Shown here piece by piece: positions 37,365 through 50,020 of a stretch of 64,000 nucleotides of DNA (position 1 is its first letter; each line of letters begins with the position of its first letter). Source of the DNA: Squalus acanthias (lineage: Eukaryota). The position numbers and the translations under genes were made by a program. The notes below the pieces were generated by a model. It did not search any database and was not told where the DNA came from. It saw nothing but the letters and a program-made list of their open reading frames with translations. The stretch is taken from NCBI GenBank assembly GCA_030390025.1, contig CM059432.1, positions 108,688,001 through 108,752,000 on the forward strand, written 5' to 3'.

Positions 37365-38428
37365 TTGAGCCAGCATTTATTGTCCATCCCTAATTGCCCT
37401 TGAGAAGGTGGTGGTATTCCACCTTTTTGAACCGCTGCAGTCCGTGTGGTGAAGGTACTCCCACAGTGCTGTTAGGGAGGGAGTTCCAAGATTCTGACCC
37501 AGTGACGATGAAGGAATGGCGATATATTTCCAAGTCAGGATGGCGTGTGACTTGGAGGGGAAATTGGAGGTGGTGGTGTTCCCAAACGCCTGCTGTCCTT
37601 GTCCTTCTCGGTGGTCGAGCTCGCACTGCAGCCATGGTGCGCCGGTGGTGGAGGGAGTGAATATTTAAGGTGGTGGATGGGGATTTTTTTTTTATTCGTT
37701 TATGGGATGTGGACGTCGCTGGCAAGGCCAGCATTTATTGCCCATCCCTAATTGCCCTTGAGAAGGTGGTGGTGAGCCGCCTTCATGAACCGCTGCAGTC
37801 CGTGTGGTGAAGGTACTCCCACAGTGCTGTTAGGTAGGGAATTCCAGGATTTTGACCCAGCGACGATGAAGGATCGGCGATATACTTCTAAGTCAGGATG
37901 GTGTGTGACTTGGAGGGGAACTTGGAGGTGGTGGTGTTCCCATGCGTATGCTGCCCTTGTCCTTCTAGGTGGTAGAGGTCGCGGATTTGGGAGGTGCTGC
38001 CAAAGAAGCCTTGGCGAGTTGCTGCAGTGCATCTTGTAGATGGTACATACTGCAGCCACGGTACGCCGGTGGTGGAGGGAGTGAATGTTTAAGGTGGTGG
38101 ATGGGGTGCCAATCAAGCGGGCTGCTTTGTCCTGGATGGTGTCGAGCTTCTTGAGTGTTGTTGGAGCTGCACTCATCAAGTGGAGAGTATTCCATCACAC
38201 TCCTTACTTGTGCCTTGTAGATGGTAGAAAGGCTTTGGGGAGTCAGGAGGTGAGACACTCGCCACAGAATACCTAGTCTCTGACCTGCTCTTGTTGCCAC
38301 AGTATTTATGTGTCTGGTCCAGTTAAGTTTCTGGTCAATGGTGACCCCCAGGATGTTGATGGTGGGGGATTCGGCGATGGTAATGCCGTTGAATGTCAAG
38401 GGGCGGTGGTTAGACTCTCGCTTGTTGG
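37365..38428 (-). mobile_element. Two head-to-tail 3' fragments of the same LINE lineage (37365-37682, 37692-38428)
   Basis: Duplicated 3' end encoding ...SWNSLPNSTVGVPSPHGLQRF...HHHLLKGN*. Confidence 0.88.
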
Positions 38429-39109
38429 AGGCCACCAATCTGGAAAAATCTAACAACTTACCTGAGGGCTCCCGGGGCGCCTACACTTCCGATCCTGGGC
38501 CTCTCCAAACTCCAAGTGCGCAGGGCCCACGTATCCCAGAGGCGCATGCGGTTCGCAAGCGTCCCTGGGATCATGTGGGCCAGGCCAGCCAATAGAAGAA
38601 GGGAATCTCCCTTCATACACTTGACAGATAGACCTGTCAAATATATGAATGGAGATCAATGAAAAAACATAATAAAACTTTAAATAAATTTAAAAAAACC
38701 ATCACCTTTTTAAAATTAGTTGAAATTACAATAAATTAAATATTTTAAACAAAAATGTAATTTTTTGAAAAAAATAATTAAAGCTTTTTACGGGGCTAAA
38801 AATAAACTTACATTTTTTTAAAGTATTTTTAAATGATAAATGACTGAAAAAAAAAAATTTTAAAACTTTTTTCAACTCTTATCCTGGTAAAAGCAGGCCT
38901 TATGCCTGCTTTTACCAGGTGCAAGAATTCGAAGGGTTTTCTGCGGGCGGAGGGTTTCCAGAAAGCGGAACTATCCGCCCGCAGAGGCCCTGCTCCAGGG
39001 CAGGTGTCCGATCTGTCAAGAGCATTCTTGACAGATCGGAAATGCCGGTTTTCAGCGCATGCGGTGTGCACAGCGCGTACCCACCCGTAGGGATTGGAAT
39101 ACCCGGGCC
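38429..39109 (-). mobile_element. MITE family A, one end truncated
   Basis: Colinear with 30640-31335; hairpins at about 38612-38650 and 39007-39040. Confidence 0.82.
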
Positions 39110-40369
39110 ATTGTGATTCACAAGTCATCGTAGTTGTGTGGGAGAAGCTGTATGGATTCGTGGGTCTTTCCTGTCCTTCAGTGTTTGTATTTCCTGGTGA
39201 AAACTTTTCACTTATTGACATTCACATTTATAGACTTGTAACCTGCTCTTTAGATTGCTGATCTTTTCCAGTAAACTCTGAGTGAATCTTGCATCACTTC
39301 TTCTGTTGTCTTGCACTGTGCAGGAGTATGAATATATCCTGAATTTAGATTAATTTCAATCACAGGTTGCCATACATCTATCAGTGGATTTAAAGTTGTT
39401 GTATCAGCTACTGCTATTTAATGACTGAAAGCAATGGATAATGTCCCTGTCTAATAGAATGCACAAGATGATGAAGGTGATTTCAGTCGAAAGATTGGAT
39501 GGGACTATCGATGTAATTTGCAGTTTCATTCTAGGATGTAGCACACAGACTTTACCTCAGTCACCTGAGTCCCTACACTAAGAGCTGTGTATAAAACCTA
39601 TTTTAAAATGGCAATGTGTTACAGGGAAAGGGAGCAGCACAATAATGTTGCCAGAAAGTGGCATTGTTGTTAATTGAGTCACGCCTGACCTCAGAGTTTG
39701 GTGAGTTTTGATTAAGTTTTTTACATTTTGTTCAGTCACTGACAATATTGGCTGATCAGGAATTCACACTGAAATATTCATTTGTATGATTTTGGAAACT
39801 GTGTAACAGACTGCTGGCTGTGGCTGCTCTGCTCTGTACCCAATAATGGTACCTTATAGTCAACTTCATATATTTTGGTTTAAAATCAGATACTGCAGCA
39901 CTTATTCATATAGTGTTGTCGTTGACTGGGGCTGCAAGTGTGGTTAAATGTACAAAAAGGGGTTACGAAACGTCACTTTATGGCAATTTCGATTTAATTC
40001 ACAAAAGTGAATGCAGAGGAGTTTGGCAGCGAAACAATTTTTGCTTTGATTCACGTGTGTTTAATTAATTTAATGTGCTCCCTCCAGACAAATTGTCTGC
40101 TCCTGCAACGTGACGACCAACTTCCCAGGTGACATCACTCAGCCCACTGAATCCCTCATCTATCTAAAGAATAATGAGAACCCGGGAGTGATTTTTCACA
40201 AAATAATAGATTTATGGGAGTGATTCCAATAGAGAAACGGATACCCAGCAAATGCTCCATAGAGAATAATAAATACTCAGAAATCATTCCATAGACGGCA
40301 CTGGATTCCCAGATGTATTTTAGTAGAGAATAGTGGGTATGCAGGGTAAAGAAAGAAAAGAAAGAACTT

Positions 40370-41262
40370 GGGGGAAAAATTAGGTCGCGCCCCATTTGGG
40401 GCGCAAATATCGTCTGGACGCAAATATTAGCGCCTGGCGCTAATTATCGGCACTGACGGGAAACTTCACTTTTACCGCCCCGGGAGGTGAGTGGAGCGCT
40501 AAATCAGGCGCTGCACACCTGTCTTAAAGCGCAAAGGCCAAGGAGTGAGGCGCTAACTCAGAGCGCTGGCGAAGCTCATGTAATGTCAGTCAGCAATGGA
40601 ACACACACACAATGGCACAGGCCAGTTCTTAAAGGGGATGGTTAATCTTGCTTTCCATCCACAACCTGTTCATTGCAGCCTTGAATCTCGGCCTGGAGAG
40701 ACTTGCACATCAAATGTGCTGGAAAGAACAATGGAGAGTACCAGGCAAAGAGCTCAGAGTGCAGCTCCCACAGTCTCTGCTAAATCGATACAAGGAATGG
40801 CAAATCAAAATGAACCTGCAAAGTGCTGCTCAGTACCCAAAACTCCTTCACACAACGTTGAATCTCTCCAGAAGTCTCTCCCTCTCTCTCTCAGAATGCG
40901 TAGTTCAAAAATGCCACCAACAATAAAAGACAGGAAGAGGCCCCCTTTAAATAGCGCCCCCCCCAGCCCCACAGCGATTGATAGCGTTCCAGTCTTCTGG
41001 TCGTTGGATGCGCCAGGCGGTAAGGCAGGGGGCGCCACTCAATTTCCGCTCCGGGGCGCCACAAGGGCGTTGCACCATGGAATGACGTCACAATCTGCGC
41101 GCGCAGGTGGTCGCAGCGGTAAAGTTTAGCGCCGCCGCACAATCTCTAGTTAAGTTCCCGAGCGGCGCAAACATCGCTGCGCCCGGGCGTTAGCGGCTTT
41201 GCGCCCCATTAACGCCCTCTTAAGGCGCTAACGGGAGGCGCAACCAACTGAATTTTTACCCC
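40370..41262 (-). mobile_element. MITE family B, second copy
   Basis: TIRs GGGGGAAAAATTAG / CTGAATTTTTACCCC with a 3-bp duplication (CTT; TTG if shifted by one base). Confidence 0.88.
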
Positions 41263-41633
41263 CTTGGATTTATATAGGGCTTTTCACACCTTCTGAATGT
41301 CCCATAGTGCTTCACTACCAATGAAGTGCTTTTGAAGTGCAGTCACTGCTGTAATTTAGTGAAATGTGCAGCCACGTTGTGCACAGCAAGTTCCCACACC
41401 CAGTAGTGAGATGAATGACCAGATAATCTGCTTTGGTAATATTGGTTGAGAAATAAATGTTGGCCAGGACACCAGGAGAACTGTCCTGTTCTTCTTCAAA
41501 GATCCTTTACGTCTACCTGAGAGGGCAAATGTCTTACAATAACAAAATACTGCGGATGCTGGAAATCTGAAACAACAACAGAAAATGCTGGAAACACTCA
41601 GCAGGACAGGCAGCATCATGGAGAGAGAAACAG

Positions 41634-41670
41634 AGTTAACGTTTCAGGTCGATGACCCTTCATCAGAACT
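41634..41670 (-). ncRNA. Minimal type I hammerhead ribozyme, intact core
   Basis: Minus strand AGTT-CTGATGA-AGGGTC-ATC-GACCT-GAA-ACGT-T-AACT: stem I, core, stem II, palindromic stem III, GUU site. Confidence 0.75.
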
Positions 41671-42059
41671 GGAAAAAGTTGGAGAAGTAGCAAGATTTTT
41701 AAGCAAGTGTGGGGCAGGGGTATGGGGAGAGAGCGGGAATATGGTATTGAGATAGAGGATCAGCCATGATCATATTGAATGGCGGAGCAGGCTCGAAGGG
41801 CCGAATGGCCTATTCCTGCTCCTATTTTTCTATGTTTCTATGTAAAGGGAGGAGGGGAGGAAAGAACAAAGGGAAGGTCTGCGATAGGATGGAAGGCAGG
41901 AGAGATTAAAAGACAAAACGGATGATGATGCAAGGCAAAAGGAGATGGTAATGGGACAAGTTAAGAAGCAAAAGATGACTCTATATGAGGTGTAAATGAC
42001 AATGGCAGATTCATCAACAGCTACCGTGTGAGAGCAAAAAGAAAACATAGGGATCGAGG

Positions 42060-42164
42060 TTATAGTCTGAAATTGTTGAACTCCATGTTGAGTCCAGAAG
42101 GCTGTAAAGTGCCTAATCGAAAGATGAGGTGCTGTTCCTCGAGCTTACGTTGAGCTTCGTTGGA
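42060..42164 (-). pseudogene. Penelope GIY-YIG endonuclease C-terminal fragment
   Basis: Manual translation SNEAQRKLEEQHLIFRLGTLQPSGLNMEFNNFRL* (R..E..I..L.TL.P.GLN pattern). Confidence 0.8.
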
Positions 42165-42337
42165 ACAAATGTCTTGTCTGGAAGACAGCCTCTCTACACA
42201 GTTTCCAAAATCGTACAAATGGATATTTCAGTTTGAGTTCCTGATCAGCCAATACTGCCAATTACTGAAAAAAAAGCTGAACTATGGCTGTTCACTTAAT
42301 CAAAATTCACTAAACTCTGAGGTTAGGCAACAACACT

Positions 42338-42588
42338 AATTTCTTCACCCAGAGAGTGGTGAACCTGTAGAATTCTCTACCACAGAAGGTAGTTGAGGCC
42401 AAGACATTAAATATATTCAAGAATGAGTTAGATATATTTCTTAAAGCTAAAGGTATCAAGGGATATGGGGAGAAGGCAGGGACAGGGTACTGAGTTTGGA
42501 TGATCAGCCATGATCTCATCGAATGGCGGAGCAGGCTCGAGGGGCCGAATGGCCTACTCCTGCTCCTATCTTCTATGTTTCTATGTTT
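42338..42588 (+). mobile_element. Young CR1 3' end
   Basis: Near-identical to the reverse complement of 23716-23970. Confidence 0.9.
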
Positions 42589-42864
42589 ACTGCACTGAAA
42601 TGTCAGCCTAGAATATGTACTCAGTGTCTGGAGTGGAACTTGAAACCATGAACTTCTGACTCAGAGGCGAGAGTACTATCGCTGAGCCAAGGCTGACACC
42701 TGTACCTAGAAGTGATTTCGTAGAGGAGAATAGATACAAGGGAGTGATTCCTCAGTGAAGAATGGATACACAGAAGTGAATAGATGGAGAATAATGGGTA
42801 CCCAAGAGTCAATCTCTAGAGGAAAATGAATATCCAGGAGTGATTCTGTAGAAAAGAATGGGAG

Positions 42865-42970
42865 TGCTGTTTGTGGGACCTTGCTGTGTACAAATTGGCT
42901 GCTGTGTTTCCTTACATTTCAAAAGTATGTCCTGTGGTCATGAAAGGCGCTATATAAATGCAAGCTCTTT
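42865..42970 (+). mobile_element. Deu-domain SINE 3' fragment
   Basis: GTGGGACCTTGCTGTGTACAAATTGGCTGC...GAAAGGCGCTATATAAATGCAAG. Confidence 0.75.
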
Positions 42971-43954
42971 CAGGTTACCGTGTGCTAAGAAAGCAGGGAA
43001 ATGATCCATTCTCTGTCACTTGTGGAAGGTGCTCCTGGAAGGTGCACGAAAGCAGGTGGGATGACTGACTCAGTTTTATTCCATTCCCCCTGTGGAGAAA
43101 TACCTGGACTCCACTTGACACCTCTCCCTGACAGCATGAGCTGAGATCAGGAACTCACTACGTAGGGATTTGTTGATTGGAGCCCAATCCATGACACAGC
43201 ACTTTGAAACCACATTACCTCAGTAACAGGCCTCCATGTTATTGTTTAATTTTAAAAGCTGCCCAGTGGTGTTCCAATCAGGGAAAATAATAATTCTTTG
43301 ATGGGAAATACTTTTTTCCCTAAAGTTTACAAGCCTATGTGGACTTGCTCCTTTTCTTCACCATCAAACGATCCTGTTGTACATCCATGAATATGATATT
43401 TCAACCTCCACAAATCTAACAAATATGGGTCTTTCTATTATGTTTATAATGCCTCACAGTGGAGATTTGTTCATTCAGTCGGAATCTATTCCGGCACTTC
43501 CAATGGAAAGTGGTGCTTTCAGGGAGAGCATCTTGGGAAATTGAGGCACGCAGCCATGACTTCCCAAGATGCACTCCTTGCAGGAGCCGCTCCCACTGGG
43601 AGGGCCTATCAGGTATCACCCCTATAAACACAGGTAACAAATGTTGCACCTTGGCAAATATGACGCCCCCGCCCCTCCATTACCAGATGATATCACCTTT
43701 GTATTAATAGTTAATGTTGCACTTATACTGTTGGTCCCGGTGCAACAACAGAGGTACTGTAGCACTAGCAGACAGAGAACACTTCATTTGTCCTGAATTC
43801 CCATGTTGTTTTTGGACCTGGAGCGAACTCCACTCCACCTCAGGTGCCAGCAGCCTGCCCAGCTGTGCAAATGACTTCGTCCCTAGGTCTCAGCCTAGGG
43901 CAAAGGTGGGTGGGAGTTGCACACGGAGTAGGGCCTCAGGAATTTCTTGCCGCT

Positions 43955-45420
43955 GGGCCAGATATTACTGTAGCAGGGCATCTAACAGCATATTAGACTT
44001 GCCCTTGCACCCTTCAGCTCTAAACATTTTTGCCCACTAAGTTGCTGAACATGCAAGCTGATAACAGCGCAGTGAGGGAAACAGGGCATCTGGGACCTGA
44101 GTGAACAGGGCAACCAACAGAGTATCTCCTTAATCAATGAGATTTAAGGATTGGGAAATAAATAGCAGAAGGACTGAGAAAGAGAGTGGATTAAAGGGGG
44201 TGAATTGGAAGCGGGGAGGCTAGCAGGTGGTTGGGAAACCTGGGAGAACGGGTTTCGCGCAGGCCCTGCCGAATTTAACGGCAGGGCCTGATTAACATTT
44301 CAAAGGTCTGTTTCTCACCCGCAGCCAGCCAGATGGAGAGGCTGGCTGGCTGCAGGCCGGTAGGCCTGAAGCATTGGACCACAGAGAGGAGGGAGGGAGG
44401 GATCGGGTGGGGGCCGGGCTGGTCGGGGGCCGGAGGATTGGGGGGGAGAGAAGATCAGGGGTGGGGAGCATTGGAGCATTGGGGGGGAGGGAAGCATCAT
44501 GGGGCGGGGAGGGAAGCATCAGAGGATTGGAGGGGAGAAGCATCGGAGCATCAGTGGGGAGAGAGAGAAGATTGGGGCCGGAGCATCAGTGTGGGGTGGG
44601 GGGGGCGGTGGTGAGTCCAGGAAGGTTATCAGAGGCCTTGTGGGTGGTCTCCGATCACAGTGGGTGGGTGAGGAAGGGGCGCTGGACCCAGGAGGTAATT
44701 GTAAAGGCACTTACCTCCTGCATCCAGCAGCCCTCGTCTTACTTTAGCTAGCGGGTTCCCCGAGGTATCCGCCCACCCTCCACCCCACCCCGTCCCACCT
44801 CCATTAAAACTAGAAGTGGGTGGATTGGAGGTGGGTTTGAGTCGGGATTCAGTTTCTTAACACTTTAACCTCCCACCTGACCCCAACCCACCCATTTTGG
44901 GGGGTTAATAGACCCCCCAAAGAGAGGGAAAGAAAGTCTGGATTAAGAGAGAGTGAAACAGAAGCAACGGTGGTAGACAGAACGGAAAAGTAAAAAAAAT
45001 ATTTAAAAGTTTAAAATTTAACATTTTAAAAATCTCCTAAAACAATTCACAACCTGAAAGAATGAGACTCCACACTTGTAATAGTTAATTTTTGGTACCA
45101 GAGCGGTTGATTGACAGTCATAAATGCTTGTTAAAAGTGTGCCTGTGCATGTAATTACTAGCCCTAAATATCTGTAGCGGATTTAGTTTGTATCACGCAA
45201 ATACAGTGTCTTCACGACATTCAATTCATGTCAATAGTGAGGCAGTCCGCAAAATGCTGTTTTCACAACACCAATGGAGTGGCGCAACTCGGACAGCAAC
45301 TTTTGGATATTCACATTTAACCATGTAGCTGCCCCTCGCCTGAAACTGCTATACTATTTATGCATAAATAATGGAGAGTGCCATCAGCCTCACCGTTATT
45401 TTGACAGCAAAATCTGACCC
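43955..45420. mobile_element. Older Harbinger-like MITE (family D) hosting a family C copy
   Basis: Imperfect TIRs GGGCCAGATATTACTG / CAGCAAAATCTGACCC. Confidence 0.55.
44200..44918 (-). mobile_element. MITE family C, unexpanded sister of 5128-18015
   Basis: 44215-44410 matches 17785-17970 and 44620-44918 matches 5128-5500 in reverse; only a few degenerate repeat units lie between. Confidence 0.85.
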
Positions 45421-45679
45421 ATTATGTTGTGTGATTCTGACTTAACAGACCTGCTCCAGTCTCCATTCAATGCTGAGTTAGCCAATCTCCGTACAGGCAA
45501 CAGCAGGGGCGCTAATGTTGGTGGAAGCCGCTAGTAAGTAGGAGGGGAGAGGAAACCTAGAAGAGCTGATCATCGTCAAATGACCTCTGAGCAAGAACTA
45601 GACTTGGCTGTGATTCCGCCCCACCAGCCCCCACCCCCCACCCCACCCCGCCATATTTGAATAGATTGCCTAAATTTTA

Positions 45680-46056
45680 TTATTCATTCTCGGGATGTGG
45701 GGGTCACTCGCATTTATTGCCCATCCCTGGATGCCTTATAGTGGCTTGCTGGGCTAATTCAGAGGGCAGTTAGCAGTCAACCACGTTGGGTGGGACTGGA
45801 CTCACATATAGGCCAGACCGAATAAGGACAGCATGTTTCCTTCTCTAAAGTACATCAGTGAACCAGTTGGGTTTTTATGACAACGCGACAGCTTCGTGGT
45901 GACATATACTGATACCAGTTTTTTATTTTCAGATTTTTTTTAAACTGAATTCAGATTTCAAACTGCCATGGTGGGATCTGAATTCAAATTGTGCTGGATT
46001 ATTAGTTCAGGTCTCTGGATTACTGGTCTAGTAACATAGCCAATACACTACTGTAC
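45680..46056 (-). mobile_element. SINE with a LINE-derived 3' tail
   Basis: Tail GGGATGTGGG...GCATTTATTGCCCATCC shared with the second LINE lineage; tRNA-like head near 45960-46056. Confidence 0.6.
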
Positions 46057-46519
46057 AGGAGAGCGCTTCTATTTGCAGAGCCTGATGAGAACACAAGTCT
46101 ACGATAGATCACTTAACACTAAGTGCCGATTCTGTAACTTGCACTCTTCCTCAGTGAAGCTCCACGTGGGAATTACAGCGTCACTGAATTGTGTGAGAAA
46201 GTTAAATTATCATTTGTGCTCAACCTTTTTCCAGCTTACATGCAGCACTGTGCATGCCAATTTGAGGAGTAATGATAATGAGGACTATAGTTGAGCTGCT
46301 GTTGTTTTCATGCTGAATTACTAAAATCTATATTAAATGTAGGTTTATTATAGTGATCAACGTTCTATACTGATAGACTAAAATTACCAGTTCTGCCACT
46401 TTGTTGGAGCAGGGGCAGATCCAATTAATTGAAGCCATGCTGATATTCTGAATATTAAGAAGACATCTCCACATAAGACATAAGCTACATTTTGACCAAG
46501 TTTTATTATTTTTAAAAAT

Positions 46520-49500
46520 TATTCATTTATGGGATTTGGGCGTCGCTGTCAAGGCCAGCATTTATTGCCCATCCCTAATTGCCCTTGAGAAGGTGGTGGT
46601 GAGCCGCCTTCTTGGTACTCCCACAGTGCTGTTCGGGAGAGAGTTCCAGGATTTTGACCCAGTGACGCTGAAGGATCGGCGATATACTTCTAAGTCAGGA
46701 TGGTGTGTGACTTGGAGGGGAACTTAGAGGTGGTGGTGTTCTCATGCGGCTGCTGCCCTTGTCCTTCTAGGTGAAAGAGGTCGAGGGTTTGGGAGGTGCT
46801 GCCGAAGAAGCCTTGGCGAGTTGCTGCAGTGCACCTTGTAGATGGTGCACACTGCAGCCATGTTACGCCGCTGGTGGAGGGAGTGAATGTTTAAGGTGGT
46901 GGATGGGGTACTAATCAAGTGGGCTGCTTTGTCCTGGATGGTGTCGAGCTTCTTGAGTGTTGTTGGAGCTGCACTGATCCAGGCAAGTGGAGAGTATTCC
47001 ATCACACTCCTGACTTGTGTCTTGAAGATGGTGGAAAGGCTTTGGGGAGTCAGGAGGTCAGATACTCGCCGCAGAATACCTAGCCTCTGACCTGCTCTTG
47101 TTGCCACAGGGCCAGAAATTCGGCTCTCTGGCTTCCTGCGGGTGCAAGCATCGCGTGCGTACTTACCTACCGCGCCTGCTGTTATGCTTCGGGCCCACGA
47201 GGACTTCGGCTCCTGGGCCTCCTGCAGCTGCCGGCGCGCAGTGCTTGCGTATCCCAGGGGCGCAGTTAGTTCGAAGCGTCCCCTGGGATCACGTGGGCCA
47301 TGGAGAGCCAATCGGAGCAGGGCATTTTCATTCATAGATTTGACAGGAAGACCTGTCAAATCTATGAATAGAGATCGGCCCCAAAACCACACTTAAACTT
47401 CAAATAATTTTTTTTTTAAATCACATTTTTAAAATAACTATAAGTTACATAAATTAACTACTTTAAACAAAAATAAAAAATTTGAAAAAATTAATTATAC
47501 TTTTTAACGGTGCTAAAAATAAACTTACCTTTCTTTAAAGTATGTAAAAAAGATAAACCTGTTGAAAAAATGTTTAAATTGTAATTAATTAACCACTTAC
47601 CTTGTTAAAAACAGGCCTTGCGCCTCCTTTTTAAAAGTGCAGCTTCTCCATACTTACCCTCACGGAGAAACCTGAAAAAAAAAAAGTTCGCTGCGTGCGC
47701 GCAGCCTCTCCCGCGCACGCGTTCGACTTCTGAACCCCTCCCTTCAGGGGAACGGAAGTTCCGGTTTCCCGTGCATGCGCAGTGCATGCGTGAAACTGGC
47801 ACTTCAGGTGGCCTTACGGGTGAGTACACAGCGCGTACTCACCCGACAAGAGCCGAATTTCTGGCCCACAGTATTTATGTGACTGGTCCAGTTAAGTTTC
47901 TGGTCAATGGTGACCCCCAGGATGTTGATGCTGGGGGATTCAGTGATGGTAATGCCATTGAATGTCAAGGGGCAGTGGTTAACTCTCGCTTGTTGAAGAT
48001 AGTCATTGCCCGGCACTTGTGTGGCGCGATTGTTACTTACCACTTATCAGCCCAAGCTTGAATCCCATCCAGGTCTTGCTGCATTCGGGCATGGACTGCT
48101 TCATTATCTGAAGAGTTGCGAATGGAACTGAACACTGTGCAATCATCAGCAAACAACCCCACTTCTGACCTTATGATGGAGGGAAGGTTATTGATGAAGA
48201 TGGTTGGGCCTAGGACACTGCCCTGAGGAACTCCTGCAGCGATGTCCTGGGGCTGAGATGATTGACCTCCAACAACTACACTCAGCCAGTGGAGTGTTTT
48301 CCCCCTGATTCCCATTGACTTCAGTTTTACTCGGGCTCCTTGATGCCAGTTGGTCAAATGCTGCCTTGATGTCAAAGGCAGTCACTCTCACCTCACCTCT
48401 GGAATTCAGCTCTTTTGTCCATGTTTGGACCAAGTCTGTAATGAGGTCTGGAGCCGAGTGGTCTTGGAGGAACACAAACTGAGCATCGGTGAGCAGGTTA
48501 TTGGTGAGTAAGTGCTGCTTGATAGCACTGTCGACAACACGTTCCATCACTTTGCTGATGATTGAGAGTAGACTGATGGGGAATTAATTGGCTGGATTGG
48601 ATTTGTCCTGCTTTTTGTGGACAGTGTTGTAGCTGTACTGGAACAGCTTTGCTAGAGGCGCGGCTAGTTCTGGAGCACAAGTCTTCAGCATGATAGCCAG
48701 GATGTTGTCAGGGCCCATAGCCTTTGCTGTATCCAGTGCGCTGAGCCGTTTCTTGATATCACGTGGAGTGAATCGAATTGGCTGGAGACTGGCTTCTATG
48801 ATGGTAGGGACCTGAGGAGTAGGCCGATATGAATCATCCACTCGGCACTTCTGGCTGAAGATGGTTGCAAACGCTTCAACCTTGTCTTTTGCACTCGCGT
48901 GCTGAGCTTCCTCATTATTGAGGATGGGAATGTTCATGGAGCCTCCTCCTCCCGTTAGTTGATTAATTGTCCACCACCATTCATGACTGGATGTGGCAGG
49001 ACTGCAGAGCTTTGATCTGATCCGTTGATTGTGGGATTGCTTCGCTCTGTTTAGCATGCATGTAGTCCTGTGTTGCAGCTTCCCCAGGTTGGCACCTTAT
49101 TTTTAGGTACGCCTGGTGCATGCTCTTCTGCACTCCTCATTGAACCAGGGTTGGTCCCCTGGCTTGATGATAATGGTAGAGTGAGGGATATGCTGGGCCA
49201 TGAGGTTACAGATTGTGGTGGAATACAATTCTGCTGCTGCTGATGGCCCACAGCGCCTCATGGGTGCCCAGTTTTGAGCTGCTAGATCTGTTCTGAATCT
49301 ATCCCATTTAGCATGGTAGTAATACCACACAACACTGATGGGATTTAGTCTCCACAAGGACTGTGCGGTGGTCACTGATACCAATGCTGTCATGGACAGA
49401 TGCATCTGCGACAGGTAAATTGGTGAGGATGAGGTTAAGTAAGTTTTTCCCTCATGTTGGTTCTCTCACCACCTAGTCTGGCAGTTATGTCCCTCAGGAC

Positions 49501-50020
49501 TCGGCCAGCTCAGTCAGTAGTGGTGCTACCGAGCCACTCTTAGTGATGGACATTGAAATCCCTCGCCCAGTGTACATTCTGTGCCCTTGCTACTCTCAGT
49601 GCTTCTTCCAAGTGGTGTTCAACATTGGGGAGTACTGATTCATCAGCTGAGGGAGGGCGGTAGGTGGTAATCAGCAGGAGGTTTCCTTGCCCATGCTTGA
49701 CTTGAAGCCATGAGGCTTCATGGGGTCCAGAGTCAATGTTGAGGACTCCCAGGGCCACTCTCTCCCAACTGTATATCACTGTGCCACCACCTCTGGTGGG
49801 TCTGTCCTGCCGGTGGGACAGGACATACCCAGGGATGGTGATGGAGGAGTTTGGGACATTGGCTGAAAGGTATGATTCAGTGAGTATGACTATGTCAGGC
49901 TGTTGCTTGAGTAGTCTGTGGGACAGCTCTCCCAATTTTGACTAAAGTCCCCAGATGTTAGCGAGGAGAACTTTGTAGGGTCGGCTGGGTGTGCTGTTGT
50001 CGTGTCCGAAGCCAGTACCG
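46520..50020 (-). mobile_element. Long decayed LINE (second CR1-group lineage), APE endonuclease plus RT, interrupted by a MITE
   Basis: PDIVILTESYL and YRPPS (APE); [30 protein letters not shown] (RT); several frameshifts. Confidence 0.92.
47109..47867 (-). mobile_element. MITE family A, full length with perfect 19-bp TIRs
   Basis: GGGCCAGAAATTCGGCTCT / AGAGCCGAATTTCTGGCCC; ACA duplicated relative to the empty LINE site TTGCCACAGTATTT seen near 34395 and 38294. Confidence 0.95.

Larger units (their letters stand above)
41536..42165 (-). mobile_element. Penelope-like retroelement 3' fragment (contains a CR1 tail at about 41722-41842)
   Basis: 10-bp duplication CAAATGTCTT (41526-41535, 42166-42175); GIY-YIG C-terminus and hammerhead motif. 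Confidence 0.85.
40347..42699 (-). mobile_element. Deu-domain tRNA-derived SINE split by nested insertions
   Basis: Tail 40347-40369, Deu core 41263-41535, tRNA-like head 42590-42699. Confidence 0.72.
40160..42862. repeat. Old degenerate ~30-bp minisatellite (AGAGAATAATGGGTACCCAGGAGTGATT-like), split into 40160-40345 and 42700-42862
   Basis: Recurring GGAGTGATT and AGAATAATG motifs on both sides of the SINE nest. Confidence 0.55.

Noticed and set aside
39940..40140. Possible conserved non-coding enhancer (TAAT-rich unique DNA; also ~18100-18700)
   Set aside because: Conservation cannot be judged from a single sequence; it needs cross-species alignment.
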